Part shown: piece after piece, positions 1-8,963 of the stretch
Position numbering within the stretch: the first letter of the stretch is position 1
Layout: each line of letters starts with the position of its first letter
Source: a bacterium
Lineage (GTDB): Bacteria; UBA8248
Assembly (NCBI GenBank): GCA_965204535.1
Contig: CBDBEV010000001.1
Coordinates: forward strand, 2,592,001-2,656,000
Reading direction: 5' to 3'
Length of the DNA: 64,000 nucleotides
Program-made: the position numbers and the translations under genes
The notes under the pieces: model-generated
Database searches by the model: none
Told to the model about the DNA's origin: nothing
What the model saw: the letters and a program-made list of their open reading frames with translations, nothing else

Positions 1-16
1 GCCTTTTTTCTTGGGG

Positions 17-1270
17 CTATTCCCCGATATCGAAACGGAGTTTCCCGTGCGCCGCGCGCAGGGCGGCCTCCACCTCTTCGGGCCGCTCTCCCTTGGCGAA
101 GATGAAGCCCAGATATCTCTCTCCCTCGGGCAGCGGCACGACGCGGCCTCCGACGTGGATGGAAATGTCGACCTCCACGATTCCGGGCACCGCCAGGGCC
201 TCCTCTTTGCCCTCGACCCTTTTCAGGACGCCCTCGGCGGGTATGGGGATCATCATGACGCCGGAAGCCTTTTTCTCGCGTTCCATGGAGGGGGGCGGGA
301 CGCCGAGCGCCTGGGAGAGGATGAGGCATTCGAGCGAGGCGCCGCCCCCGAACTCGAGCGCGCCCGAGCATTTCCCGCCGATGGCGCGGCTCGCCACGTC
401 GATCACACGGATTTCGCCCGCGTCGTTGATTCTGAGTTCCGCGTGGAGGGGCCCCTCGCGCAGGCGGATGGCTTGGGCGGCGCGTATGGTTTCCTCGCGA
501 ATAGCGGCTTGCGTCTCATCACTCAGCCGCGAGGGCGTGACGTAGATGGTTTCCTCGAAAAAAGGGCCTTCCAGGGGGTCGGGCTTGTCGAAGATGGCGA
601 GTATGTGCGCCTCGCCGCGCACGACGAGGCCTTCCACCGCCACTTCGACCCCCTCCAGATAATCCTCCACCAGGATCATCCGCGCCTCAGCACCGCCGCG
701 CGCGATGGTTTCGGGGTCATCCAGTATCGCGCCGACCCGGCGGTAGGCCTCTGCGAATTCCGTCTCATCGTTCGCGCGAATCACGCCTCGGCTCGCAGCG
801 AGAAAGGTGGGTTTCAGCACACAGGGATAGCGGAGACCCTGGGCGATTTTCTCAGGTTCCTCCTGGGCGGATACGAGCCGGAAAGCGGGCGAGGGCAGGC
901 CTTCTTCGGACAAGACCTTTCTCAGTTCGTACTTGCTCCGCGTGGTGCGGGAGGCCTCCACGGGGTGGTAGGGCAGCCCCAGCGCTTCGGCGGCCATCGC
1001 GCCCAGGATGAGCGTGTCGTCGTCCACGGGCGCGATAGCGTCGATGGGAAATTCCCTGGCGAACGACTCGATGAGTCCCGCGCCTACTTCAGGCTGGCCG
1101 TAATCGAGCGTGATGGAGCCGCCCGGGTTCAACTCGGCCAGAAGGTCGGGCCGGTCGGTTCCCACCGTGACGCGGACGCCCATCTCCCCCGCCGCCGCCA
1201 TGTAGGCCGACGCGCGGTAGGTGGCCGTCGTCATGAGCAGGAGAACGCGCTTTCCTTCTTCAGGTGGCAT
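17..1270 (-). CDS. ATP-grasp domain protein (carboxylate-amine ligase-like)
   Basis: 417 aa; motifs TRSKYELRKVL, YPCVLKP..LAASRGV, LVEDYLEGVEVAVEG, HAELRI; overlaps the end of the upstream SDR gene. Confidence 0.85.
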   Translation of the reverse strand: MPPEEGKRVLLLMTTATYRASAYMAAAGEMGVRVTVGTDRPDLLAELNPGGSITLDYGQPEVGAGLIESFAREFPIDAIAPVDDDTLILGAMAAEALGLPYHPVEASRTTRSKYELRKVLSEEGLPSPAFRLVSAQEEPEKIAQGLRYPCVLKPTFLAASRGVIRANDETEFAEAYRRVGAILDDPETIARGGAEARMILVEDYLEGVEVAVEGLVVRGEAHILAIFDKPDPLEGPFFEETIYVTPSRLSDETQAAIREETIRAAQAIRLREGPLHAELRINDAGEIRVIDVASRAIGGKCSGALEFGGGASLECLILSQALGVPPPSMEREKKASGVMMIPIPAEGVLKRVEGKEEALAVPGIVEVDISIHVGGRVVPLPEGERYLGFIFAKGERPEEVEAALRAAHGKLRFDIGE

Positions 1271-2039
1271 ACCATCCGCCGTCCACCAGGAGCGACGTGC
1301 CCGTGACGAGGCTGCTCGCCTCGGAAGCGAGGAAGATGGCCGGCCCCACCAGTTCGCTCATCTGCCCGAAGCGGCCCATGGGCGTTCTCTCGCAGATGGC
1401 GTCGTAGATGAGTTCGTCCTCCTGCAGGGAGGCGGTGAGCTCCGTCTCGATGAAGGTGGGGCAGATGGCGTTCACCTGGATGTTGTCCGTCGCATACTCG
1501 CGGGCGAAAACGCGGGTGAGGCCGATAAGGCCGCTTTTGGACGACGTATACGGCCCGTAGCACTGTTGCCGGGGGTTTCTGAATACGGACCAGCCCATCA
1601 GGGATGAGATGTTGATCACCTTGCCGCCGCCCGCTTTTTTCATCTCTTCGCCCGCGCGCCGCGTGATGAAGAAGATGCTCTTCAAGTTCAGGTCGAGGAT
1701 CCTGTCCCAGTCCGCCTCGCTGATGTCCCAGAGTGTTTTCCGCACGTTCGTGCCCGCGTTGTTCACCAGAATGGTGAGGCCGCCCAGTGCGGCGGCGGCT
1801 TCCACCACCATGCGCTCGGCGGATTCCATGTCGGTCACGTCGGCCTGGATGAGCGCGCACTTGCGGCCCATACCCTCGATGACTTCTTTCGCTTCGCCGG
1901 CGGGTTCGATGTCGATGTCCGCGATGACGACGTCCGCGCCCGCTGCGGCGAAGCCCTCGGCCATCGCGCGCCCGATGCCGCGGCCGGCGCCCGTTACGAG
2001 CGCCTTGGCGCCGCTCAGATCGAAAAGGGATTGACTCAT
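1260..2039 (-). CDS. SDR family oxidoreductase (KduD/gluconate 5-dehydrogenase-like)
   Basis: TGAGRGIG, NNAG, YTSSK catalytic motif, VDGG C-terminus; AGGAG RBS upstream. Confidence 0.9.
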   Translation of the reverse strand: MSQSLFDLSGAKALVTGAGRGIGRAMAEGFAAAGADVVIADIDIEPAGEAKEVIEGMGRKCALIQADVTDMESAERMVVEAAAALGGLTILVNNAGTNVRKTLWDISEADWDRILDLNLKSIFFITRRAGEEMKKAGGGKVINISSLMGWSVFRNPRQQCYGPYTSSKSGLIGLTRVFAREYATDNIQVNAICPTFIETELTASLQEDELIYDAICERTPMGRFGQMSELVGPAIFLASEASSLVTGTSLLVDGGWYAT

Positions 2040-2226
2040 GTGTGGTTCTCCTTTTTTAGGGTGTCGGGTTTTTCCCGATTCTCTCCACCGGAGCGTTCGG
2101 GGTCAATGGGCGCAGGGCCTTCTCGTTGGCCTTGGGGGGAGAGTGTGATAATCAATAGGGAGAATCTCTGCTATTTTCCGTTCTCATTTGAGAGTGGTTT
2201 CGGGTTCCCTGGAGCGGGGGTGGACG

Positions 2227-3876
2227 ATGGCGAAGCCCAAGGATAACGGCGCGAAAAAAGAGCGCCCCGTCCGCGATGCGGCCTACAACTCGGGCAAGCC
2301 CGTGCCCGTGGTCTATGGCCCGCAAACGCCGGATGCGGCGTATCAAGAAAAAATCGGCGCGCCGGGGGAATACCCCTACACGCGGGGCATCTACCCCACG
2401 ATGTACCGGGGCTCATTGTGGACGATGCGCCAGTACGCGGGTTTTTCCACCTCGGCGGACACCAACGCGCGGTTTCACTTCCTGCTCGGAAACGGCCAGA
2501 CGGGCCTCTCGATGGCGTACGATCTCCCCACGCAGTTGGGCCTCGATTCGGACGATGAGGCCGCGCAGGACGACGTGGGCCGCCTGGGCGTCGCCGTGGA
2601 CACCGCCCAGGACATGGCGGACGTTTTCGAGGGGATACCGCTCGATAAAGTGAGCGTCTCGCACACCATCAACTCCACCGCCGCCGTCATTCAGGCGTTC
2701 TGGCTCATCGCCGCCGAGCGCCAGGGGGTCGCGCTGGACAAGCTGCGCGGCACCTTCCAGAACGACATGCTCAAGGAATACATCGGCCGGGGCACGTGGA
2801 TATTCCCCCCGAGACCCTCCATGCGCCTCGTCGCCGACATCATCGAGTACAACGCGAAGCACTGCCCGCGCGTGAACGCCGTCAGCGTCTCGGCCACCCA
2901 CATCGCCGAAACGGGCGCGACCCTCGCGCAGGACGTCGCCTTCCCCATCCTGAACGCGCTGGCCTACATACGCGAACTCACCGGGCGCGGCCTCCACGTG
3001 GATGACTTCGTGCCCACGATGTCGTTTCATCTATCTATAGGCGGGGGCGTGGGGCCGTTCAACCTGCTCGAATCTATCGGCAAGCTGCGCGCCGCGCGCC
3101 GCATCTGGGCGCGCACGATGAAGGAGAAATACGGCGCGAAAAACCCCAAAACCATGCAGCTCAAGTTCTCGACGGGCAATTGCGGCAGCCGCATGGCGGC
3201 GCGCGAGCCGCTCAACAACATCGTGCGCCAGACGCTCTACACCCTGGCCGCCGTGCTGGGCGGCACGCGCTCGGTCAACATGGCGTGCTTCGACGAAGCG
3301 TTCGAGATTCCCTCGGACGAGTCCATCCGCACGGCACTCCGGATTCAGCAGGTCATCGCTCATGAGAGCGGCGTGGCCGACACGGTGGACCCGCTGGCGG
3401 GCGGCTACGCGGTGGAAGCCGTGACGGATCAGGTGGAAGAGGAGATTCAGGCCATCGTGGACGATTATGAATCGCGCGGCGGCATCGTCCCCTTCATCGA
3501 GAGCGGGGAAATCCAGAGGCTGCTCGCGCGGCAGGCCTATGAGCACCAGCGTAAGATCGCGGAAGGCGAGCAGGTGTGGGTGGGCGTGAACAGGTTCACC
3601 TCGGAAGAGGAAGACCGCATGGGCGCGGGCGAGGGCCTCTACGAGGCGGACGATTCGGCGCTTGAGAAACAAATGGCGCGTCTTGCAGAGGTGAAGGCCG
3701 CCCGCGATGAGGGCGAGGTGGCTGCGCAGCTTGAAAGACTGGCGGGGGCGTGTGAGTCGAAGGAGAACCTCGTGCCCTATCTGATGGACGCCGCCCGGGC
3801 GCGGCTCACGGTGGGGGAGATGACCGGGGTGATGCGCGGCGCCTTCGGCGCCTACGTGGAGCCGTCGGTCGTTTGA
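2227..3876 (+). CDS. Adenosylcobalamin-dependent acyl-CoA mutase, large (substrate-binding) subunit, MCM-like with divergent active site
   Basis: PGEYPYTRGIYPTMY, WTMRQYAGF, DLPTQLGLDSD, QNDMLKEY, DPLAGGY, VGVNRF; start moved to ATG 2227; no B12-binding domain in this chain. Confidence 0.93.
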   Translation: MAKPKDNGAKKERPVRDAAYNSGKPVPVVYGPQTPDAAYQEKIGAPGEYPYTRGIYPTMYRGSLWTMRQYAGFSTSADTNARFHFLLGNGQTGLSMAYDLPTQLGLDSDDEAAQDDVGRLGVAVDTAQDMADVFEGIPLDKVSVSHTINSTAAVIQAFWLIAAERQGVALDKLRGTFQNDMLKEYIGRGTWIFPPRPSMRLVADIIEYNAKHCPRVNAVSVSATHIAETGATLAQDVAFPILNALAYIRELTGRGLHVDDFVPTMSFHLSIGGGVGPFNLLESIGKLRAARRIWARTMKEKYGAKNPKTMQLKFSTGNCGSRMAAREPLNNIVRQTLYTLAAVLGGTRSVNMACFDEAFEIPSDESIRTALRIQQVIAHESGVADTVDPLAGGYAVEAVTDQVEEEIQAIVDDYESRGGIVPFIESGEIQRLLARQAYEHQRKIAEGEQVWVGVNRFTSEEEDRMGAGEGLYEADDSALEKQMARLAEVKAARDEGEVAAQLERLAGACESKENLVPYLMDAARARLTVGEMTGVMRGAFGAYVEPSVV

Positions 3877-4289
3877 TGGTGAGCGGGACCAAGCGCATAC
3901 GGGTGCTGATGGCGAAGCCGGGCCTCGACGGGCACGACCGGGGTGTCAAGGTCATCATCCATGCGCTGAGAGACGCCGGCATGGAGGTGATCTATTCGGG
4001 TCTCAGGCAGACGGTGGAGCAGATCGTCTCCGTCGCGATCCAGGAGAACGTGGACGTGATCGGCCTGAGCATACTCTCGGGCTCCTACATGGGGATTGCG
4101 CGCAGACTCATGGCGAGAATCAAGGAAGAAGACCTCGATGATTGCCTCGTCATCCTGGGCGGGAACATTCTGGAGCGCGACGTGGCGGGGCTCAAATCCT
4201 TAGGAATAGCCGAAGTCTTCAACCACCATGCGGAGATGGCCGAAGTCGTCTCATACATCAGGAACAATACGGCGACCGGCGCGGCCTGA
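3876..4289 (+). CDS. Acyl-CoA mutase small subunit, cobalamin-binding domain
   Basis: KPGLDGHDRG (DxHxxG), GLSILSG, LGG motifs; TGATG overlap with the large subunit stop. Confidence 0.95.
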   Translation: MVSGTKRIRVLMAKPGLDGHDRGVKVIIHALRDAGMEVIYSGLRQTVEQIVSVAIQENVDVIGLSILSGSYMGIARRLMARIKEEDLDDCLVILGGNILERDVAGLKSLGIAEVFNHHAEMAEVVSYIRNNTATGAA

Positions 4290-4304
4290 CGGCGGCGCAT
4301 TTTC

Positions 4305-5513
4305 GTGGGGGAATCAGTTTTGGAAAAGCCGCTGGAGGGCGTGCGCATACTCGATCTTTCCGCCCTGCTCGCCGGCCCGTACGGCAGCATGGTGCTGGCC
4401 GATCTGGGCGCCGACGTCATCAAGATAGAGGTGCCGGGCCGGGGCGACCTCGTCCGCACCATGCCGCCGCACTACGTCGGCGAGACGAGCGCCTACTTCA
4501 TCGCGCTCAACAGGAACAAGCGGGGCATTTTCCTGAACCTGAAGGACGAAGAGGGCTACCGCGTCTTCTGCGAGATGGTGAAGCGCTCCGACGTCGTGTA
4601 TGACAATTACCGCCCCGGCGTCTTGGAGCGGCTGGGCGCTGACTACGAGACGCTTAAAGTAGTGAATCCGCGCATCATCAGCGCCTCCGTCACCGGCTAC
4701 GGACTCACCGGCCCCGAGAAGGACAAGCCCGCGCTCGACCTCATCATCCAGGGGCGCGGCGGCATCATGAGCTTCACCGGCGAGCCGGGCCGGCCGCCCG
4801 TGCGCCTGGGCGTTCCGATGGGAGATATGGGGGGCGGCCTGTTCGCCGCCCACGGGATTCTGGCGGCGCTTTACAAGCGCGAGCGGACGGGCGTGGGTCA
4901 GAAGGTGGACGTCTCGCTCCTCGACAGCCAGCTCTATCTCGCGAGCTACCGCGCGCAGTACTACCTGACGGCGGGCGACGTGGCCGAGCCGATGGGCACG
5001 GGCCACGCATCCGCCGTCCCCATCGGCGCGTACCGGTGCGGCGACGGCAAGTGGCTGGTGCTCGACGCCATACTGGATCATTTCTTCGAGAGCCTCTGCG
5101 ACGCGCTGGGCCATCCCGAATGGAAGGACGACCCCCGGATGAAGGATCGTCCCACCCGCCTCGAGAACCGCGAATACGTGGACGCCAAGCTCTCGGAAGT
5201 CTACAAGACGAACACCGCCGCGCACTGGATAGAGCGAATCGAGGCGCACGGCGTTCCCTGCGGGCCGATCCAGAGCATCGACGAGGCGCTGAACGATCCC
5301 CAGACGCGCGCGCGCGAGATGGTGGTGGAGATGACGCACCCGGAACTCGGCGATATGAACACGTTCAACACGCCCATCAAGATGGAGGGCACGTGGGGTT
5401 CCACCCCTTCGCCGCCCCCCCTGATGGGCGAGCACACCGAAGAAGTGCTCAGGGAAGTGCTCGATCTGGGCGATGCGGAAATCGAAAGGTTAAAAGAACG
5501 CAAGGCAATTTGA
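4305..5513 (+). CDS. Family III CoA-transferase (CaiB/BaiF)
   Basis: PLEGVRILDL, LADLGADVIKIE, NRNKR, NYRPG, catalytic Asp in PMGDMGGG, PPLMGEHT. Confidence 0.93.
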   Translation: MGESVLEKPLEGVRILDLSALLAGPYGSMVLADLGADVIKIEVPGRGDLVRTMPPHYVGETSAYFIALNRNKRGIFLNLKDEEGYRVFCEMVKRSDVVYDNYRPGVLERLGADYETLKVVNPRIISASVTGYGLTGPEKDKPALDLIIQGRGGIMSFTGEPGRPPVRLGVPMGDMGGGLFAAHGILAALYKRERTGVGQKVDVSLLDSQLYLASYRAQYYLTAGDVAEPMGTGHASAVPIGAYRCGDGKWLVLDAILDHFFESLCDALGHPEWKDDPRMKDRPTRLENREYVDAKLSEVYKTNTAAHWIERIEAHGVPCGPIQSIDEALNDPQTRAREMVVEMTHPELGDMNTFNTPIKMEGTWGSTPSPPPLMGEHTEEVLREVLDLGDAEIERLKERKAI

Positions 5514-5524
5514 GGGGGCTTGTC

Positions 5525-6313
5525 ATGTTTCATGACAAGAAGGCTTTCGTGTTCGACCTGGAAGGGGTCTTTTTCGCCGGGGACGAGGTGATGCCCGGCG
5601 GGCGGGAGTTGATGCGGGCCATCAAGGCGAGGAACCTCCCCCATCGCTTCATCACGAACATCAGCCGCAGCACGGCGGCGGAGATTCGCACCCACATGGC
5701 GGGCATCGGCCTGGACCCCGGCGAAAACCTCATCGTGGCCGCGCTGGATCGCGTGGGCTCGTTTTTGAGAAAGAACTTCGGATCGGGCAGAGCGTATGTG
5801 CTGGGGACGGATTCGCTGAAACGTGCGGTCGCATCGGGCGGTTTCGAGATATTGGGGTCGGAGGAGGAAGATAAGGCCGACGTCGTACTCGTCGGTCTCG
5901 ATGAGGACCTCACCTACCGGACGTTGAGCGCCGCCGCGCGGGCGGTCAGCCGGGGGGCGCGCTTCGTCGCCATGAACCCCGACGTGCGCCTTCCGAGTGA
6001 GGACGGTTCGTTCTCGCTCGGCGGAGGCGCCATCATGGCGTCGGTGCGGGCGGCGGCGGGCCGGGAGCCGGTGTTCTTCGGGAAGCCCGAACCTTTTCTC
6101 TTCGAGGAAGCGCTCGCCGAGTTGGGCGTGGAGGCGCGCCACGCCGTCATGGTGGGGGACAACCTGAGGACGGACATCGCGGGTGGCCAGAAAGTCGGCA
6201 TGGCCACCGTGTGGGTGAACCGCTGGGGCGTGATTGCCGGGGACCCGGACGTGACGGCGGACCTGGAAGTCAAGACGCTCGACGAACTGATGCCGCATCT
6301 GCCCGGCGGCTAA
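5525..6313 (+). CDS. HAD-IIA (NagD-like) hydrolase
   Basis: FVFDLEGV (motif I, DxE variant), FITN, GKPEP, VMVGDNLRTDIAGG; start at ATG 5525. Confidence 0.88.
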   Translation: MFHDKKAFVFDLEGVFFAGDEVMPGGRELMRAIKARNLPHRFITNISRSTAAEIRTHMAGIGLDPGENLIVAALDRVGSFLRKNFGSGRAYVLGTDSLKRAVASGGFEILGSEEEDKADVVLVGLDEDLTYRTLSAAARAVSRGARFVAMNPDVRLPSEDGSFSLGGGAIMASVRAAAGREPVFFGKPEPFLFEEALAELGVEARHAVMVGDNLRTDIAGGQKVGMATVWVNRWGVIAGDPDVTADLEVKTLDELMPHLPGG

Positions 6314-6336
6314 CTTTAAGAAACAGAGAGGACGAC

Positions 6337-7092
6337 ATGGCGCTGGTGGAATACGAGGTGAGGGACAAGCTGGCCTGCATCACGCTGAACAGGCCGGAGA
6401 AGATGAACGCGATCAACCACGAGATGAGCGAGCGCATCTTCGCGCTGTTCGACGAGATGGAGCGCGACCCCAATGTGTGGGGCTGTCTGATAACGGGCGA
6501 GGGAAGGGCCTTTTCGAGCGGGCACGACCTCACCGAGCCGCCGCCCGAGGAGGGGGAGGTCAAACCCGTCTCCGACCTCTATCAGGTCATCATGGAGCTT
6601 TATAAGCCGTGCTTTGCGGCGATCAACGGGTTCTGCCTGGCGGGCGGTGCGGGCATCGCGCTCTCCTGCGACGTGCGCGTCATGGCTGAAGATACGCAGC
6701 TCGGCTGGCCGCAGGTGATGCGCGGCATCTCTTCGGTCAGCGGGCCGATTCTCCTGGCGAAGCTGCTGCCCTTCAACCTCGCCCACTATCACTTGTTCAC
6801 CGGCGAGCCCATCGACGCGGAAAACGCGCTCAGGCTCGGCCTCGTGAACAAGGTCGTCCCCAAGGAGAAAGTTCTGGAGGAGACCGAAAAGATCGCGCGG
6901 CAGGTGCTGGCGAACGCGCCTCTGGCGGTGTGCGCCATCAAGGAGATCACCGTCCGCGCGCGCGACATGACGATGGAAGACGCCCTGCGTTTCGGCGACG
7001 TGATCCTGAAGCGCCTCCTCGAAACCGAAGACGCCGAAGAGGGCGTGCGCGCCTTCAAGGAGAAAAGACCGCCCCGCTTTACGGGGAGGTAG
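6337..7092 (+). CDS. Enoyl-CoA hydratase/isomerase (crotonase) family protein lacking the canonical glutamates
   Basis: ITLNRPEKMNA, FSSGHDL, AAINGFCLAGG, EGVRAFKEKRPP; GAGGA RBS before ATG 6337. Confidence 0.9.
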   Translation: MALVEYEVRDKLACITLNRPEKMNAINHEMSERIFALFDEMERDPNVWGCLITGEGRAFSSGHDLTEPPPEEGEVKPVSDLYQVIMELYKPCFAAINGFCLAGGAGIALSCDVRVMAEDTQLGWPQVMRGISSVSGPILLAKLLPFNLAHYHLFTGEPIDAENALRLGLVNKVVPKEKVLEETEKIARQVLANAPLAVCAIKEITVRARDMTMEDALRFGDVILKRLLETEDAEEGVRAFKEKRPPRFTGR

Positions 7093-7117
7093 GGTGCGGG
7101 TCGGCCGTACGCATTCC

Positions 7118-7203
7118 GTAGGGACAGGCCCCTGTGCCTGTCCTCATGAGGGACTACCATAAGGGGCATAAGGGGCAGGACAACCACGGGGGGTTGTCCC
7201 TAC
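7118..7203. repeat. GTAG-type REP doublet (REPIN-like)
   Basis: GTAGGGACAGGCCCCTGTGCCTGTCC ... GGACAACCACGGGGGGTTGTCCCTAC; inverted homologue at 19882-19940. Confidence 0.8.
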
Positions 7204-7316
7204 AATCCTCCGGGGTCACCCCGCTCCTTCCCGCTCCCCACCTTGCGCGCCCGTGCGAGTCGTTGCATAACGGATTCTCGCAAGCTACCTCCACTTTCAC
7301 CTGAAAGGGGACCGCG

Positions 7317-8477
7317 GTGGACTTCGACCTCACCGACTTTCAACGGGAAATCCGGCAAAAAGCCCGCGAAATCGCAGAGAGCAAGATAGCGCCCAAGGCG
7401 GCGCATTGGGACGAGACCGAGGAATACCCCTGGGAGAACGCCCGTATACTCGCGGATGCGGGTTTCATGGGCATGAACATCCCCGGGGAATTCGGCGGAC
7501 CCGAGCGCCCGCTCATCGAGGCCGTCCTCGTGGTCGAGGAGATGGCCAAGGTCTGCGGCATCACGGGGCGCATCGTGGTGGACAGCAACATGGGCGTGGT
7601 GGGGGCGATCATCAAGTACGGCACCGAGGAGCAGAAGAAAAAGTACCTGCCCATGGTGCTCGCAGGCGATAAGCCCGCCATCGTCATCACAGAGCCCGAG
7701 GCGGGGAGCGCCGCCACCGACATGACGACGCGCGCCGTGCTCGACGGCGACGAATATATATTGAACGGCAAGAAGAAGTGGATTACCGGCGCTGGCGTTT
7801 CCCACATCAACCTCGTGTTCGCCCGCGTGGTGCACGGCGGGGACGAGCAGGGAATCGGCGCCCTGATCGTGGAATTGGGGGCGGAGGGCTTCCGCATCGG
7901 GGAGCGCGCCTTCATGATGGGCTTGCGGGGCATTCCCGAGAGTGAGGAGATCTTTGAGAACTGCCGCGTGCCGAGTGAAAACCTGGTGACGGTGGGCTTC
8001 GGCCGCCTGATGGCCGCCTACAACGCCCAGCGCGTGGGTGCCGGCACGGTGGCCTTGGGGCTCGCCGAGGGCGCCTTCGCGCAGGCGGTGGAATACGCGA
8101 AAAAGCGCGAACAGTTCGGCCGCCCGATATCGGAGTTCCAGGGGCTTCAGTGGATTCTGGCGGATGCGCGCATTCAACTCGACGCCGCGCGGCTCCTGCT
8201 CCACCGGGCCGCGGTGCAGGAAGACCCGAAGACAGGCTTTCCCGACATGCACCTCGCCGCCATCGCCAAGACGTTTTCGGCGGAAGCCTCTATCAAGGTG
8301 ACGAACGACGCGCTCCAGATTTTTGGAGCCGCAGGCTATTCGCGCGATTTGCCGATAGAGCGCATGGCGCGCGACGTGCGGATGTTCACCATCGGCGGCG
8401 GCACGACCCAGGCGCAGCGAAACGTGATAGCGTCCGGCATTTTCGGGAGAAAATTCTCACAGCGCCGGGGAGGGTGA
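7317..8477 (+). CDS. Acyl-CoA dehydrogenase-family flavoprotein resembling 3-sulfinopropionyl-CoA desulfinase (Acd of Advenella/Variovorax)
   Basis: Signatures GRIVVDSNMG, AGDKPAI, MGLRGIPE, LMAAYNAQRVGAG, RMFTIGGGT (no catalytic Glu), recognised by eye from the desulfinase subfamily. Confidence 0.8.
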   Translation: MDFDLTDFQREIRQKAREIAESKIAPKAAHWDETEEYPWENARILADAGFMGMNIPGEFGGPERPLIEAVLVVEEMAKVCGITGRIVVDSNMGVVGAIIKYGTEEQKKKYLPMVLAGDKPAIVITEPEAGSAATDMTTRAVLDGDEYILNGKKKWITGAGVSHINLVFARVVHGGDEQGIGALIVELGAEGFRIGERAFMMGLRGIPESEEIFENCRVPSENLVTVGFGRLMAAYNAQRVGAGTVALGLAEGAFAQAVEYAKKREQFGRPISEFQGLQWILADARIQLDAARLLLHRAAVQEDPKTGFPDMHLAAIAKTFSAEASIKVTNDALQIFGAAGYSRDLPIERMARDVRMFTIGGGTTQAQRNVIASGIFGRKFSQRRGG

Positions 8478-8552
8478 GAAGACCACCGACTACGTGGCTT
8501 TTGACGTCGTTACTCAGAGAGCGGTAACCCCCGGCCGTTCAGCAAAGGAAAC

Positions 8553-8897
8553 ATGATGGCTATGTTTACACTGAAGGAAGCCCGCGCCCTGCTGCCGCAG
8601 GTCAAGGAAGTGACGCAGCATTACCACGATGTCGTTGAGGAGATGCGCGAACAGCTCGAAGACGTAGACGAGTCGCGCGATATCAAGCGCATCGAGGGAC
8701 TCATGAATGACGCGGTTCAAGAATGGGTGAATGCCGTCAGAGACCTCGGGGTGGAAGTCAAAGGTTTGTGGCTGGCGGATTTCGATTCGGGAGACGGCTA
8801 TTACTACTGCTGGAAGCTCGGCGAGGACGACATCGAACATTTTCACAGCTACGACGGCGGGTTCGCCGGGCGCCGTCCCATTTCGTTGCTGGAGTAG
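8553..8897 (+). CDS. DUF2203 family protein
   Basis: FTLKEARALLP, LGVEVKG.WLADF, YCWKLGE..I..FH...GGFAGRRPI. Confidence 0.85.
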   Translation: MMAMFTLKEARALLPQVKEVTQHYHDVVEEMREQLEDVDESRDIKRIEGLMNDAVQEWVNAVRDLGVEVKGLWLADFDSGDGYYYCWKLGEDDIEHFHSYDGGFAGRRPISLLE

Positions 8898-8963
8898 TAT
8901 TTTTTCTCGTCGCAGCGCCGAGCCGGTTCCCGTTGGATAGCGCTGCTATAGCACAGATGAACC

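Noticed and set aside
11-1306. Long antisense or alternate-frame ORFs (e.g. 11-1306+, 19937-21499-, 34808-36019-, 40545-42083-, 52310-53842+)
   Set aside because: They overlap well-supported genes, have no recognisable motifs, and are expected shadows of high-GC codon usage
2040-2226. Possible cobalamin riboswitch upstream of the mutase
   Set aside because: No B12-box or other conserved riboswitch elements seen; the region is short and shared with a divergent gene
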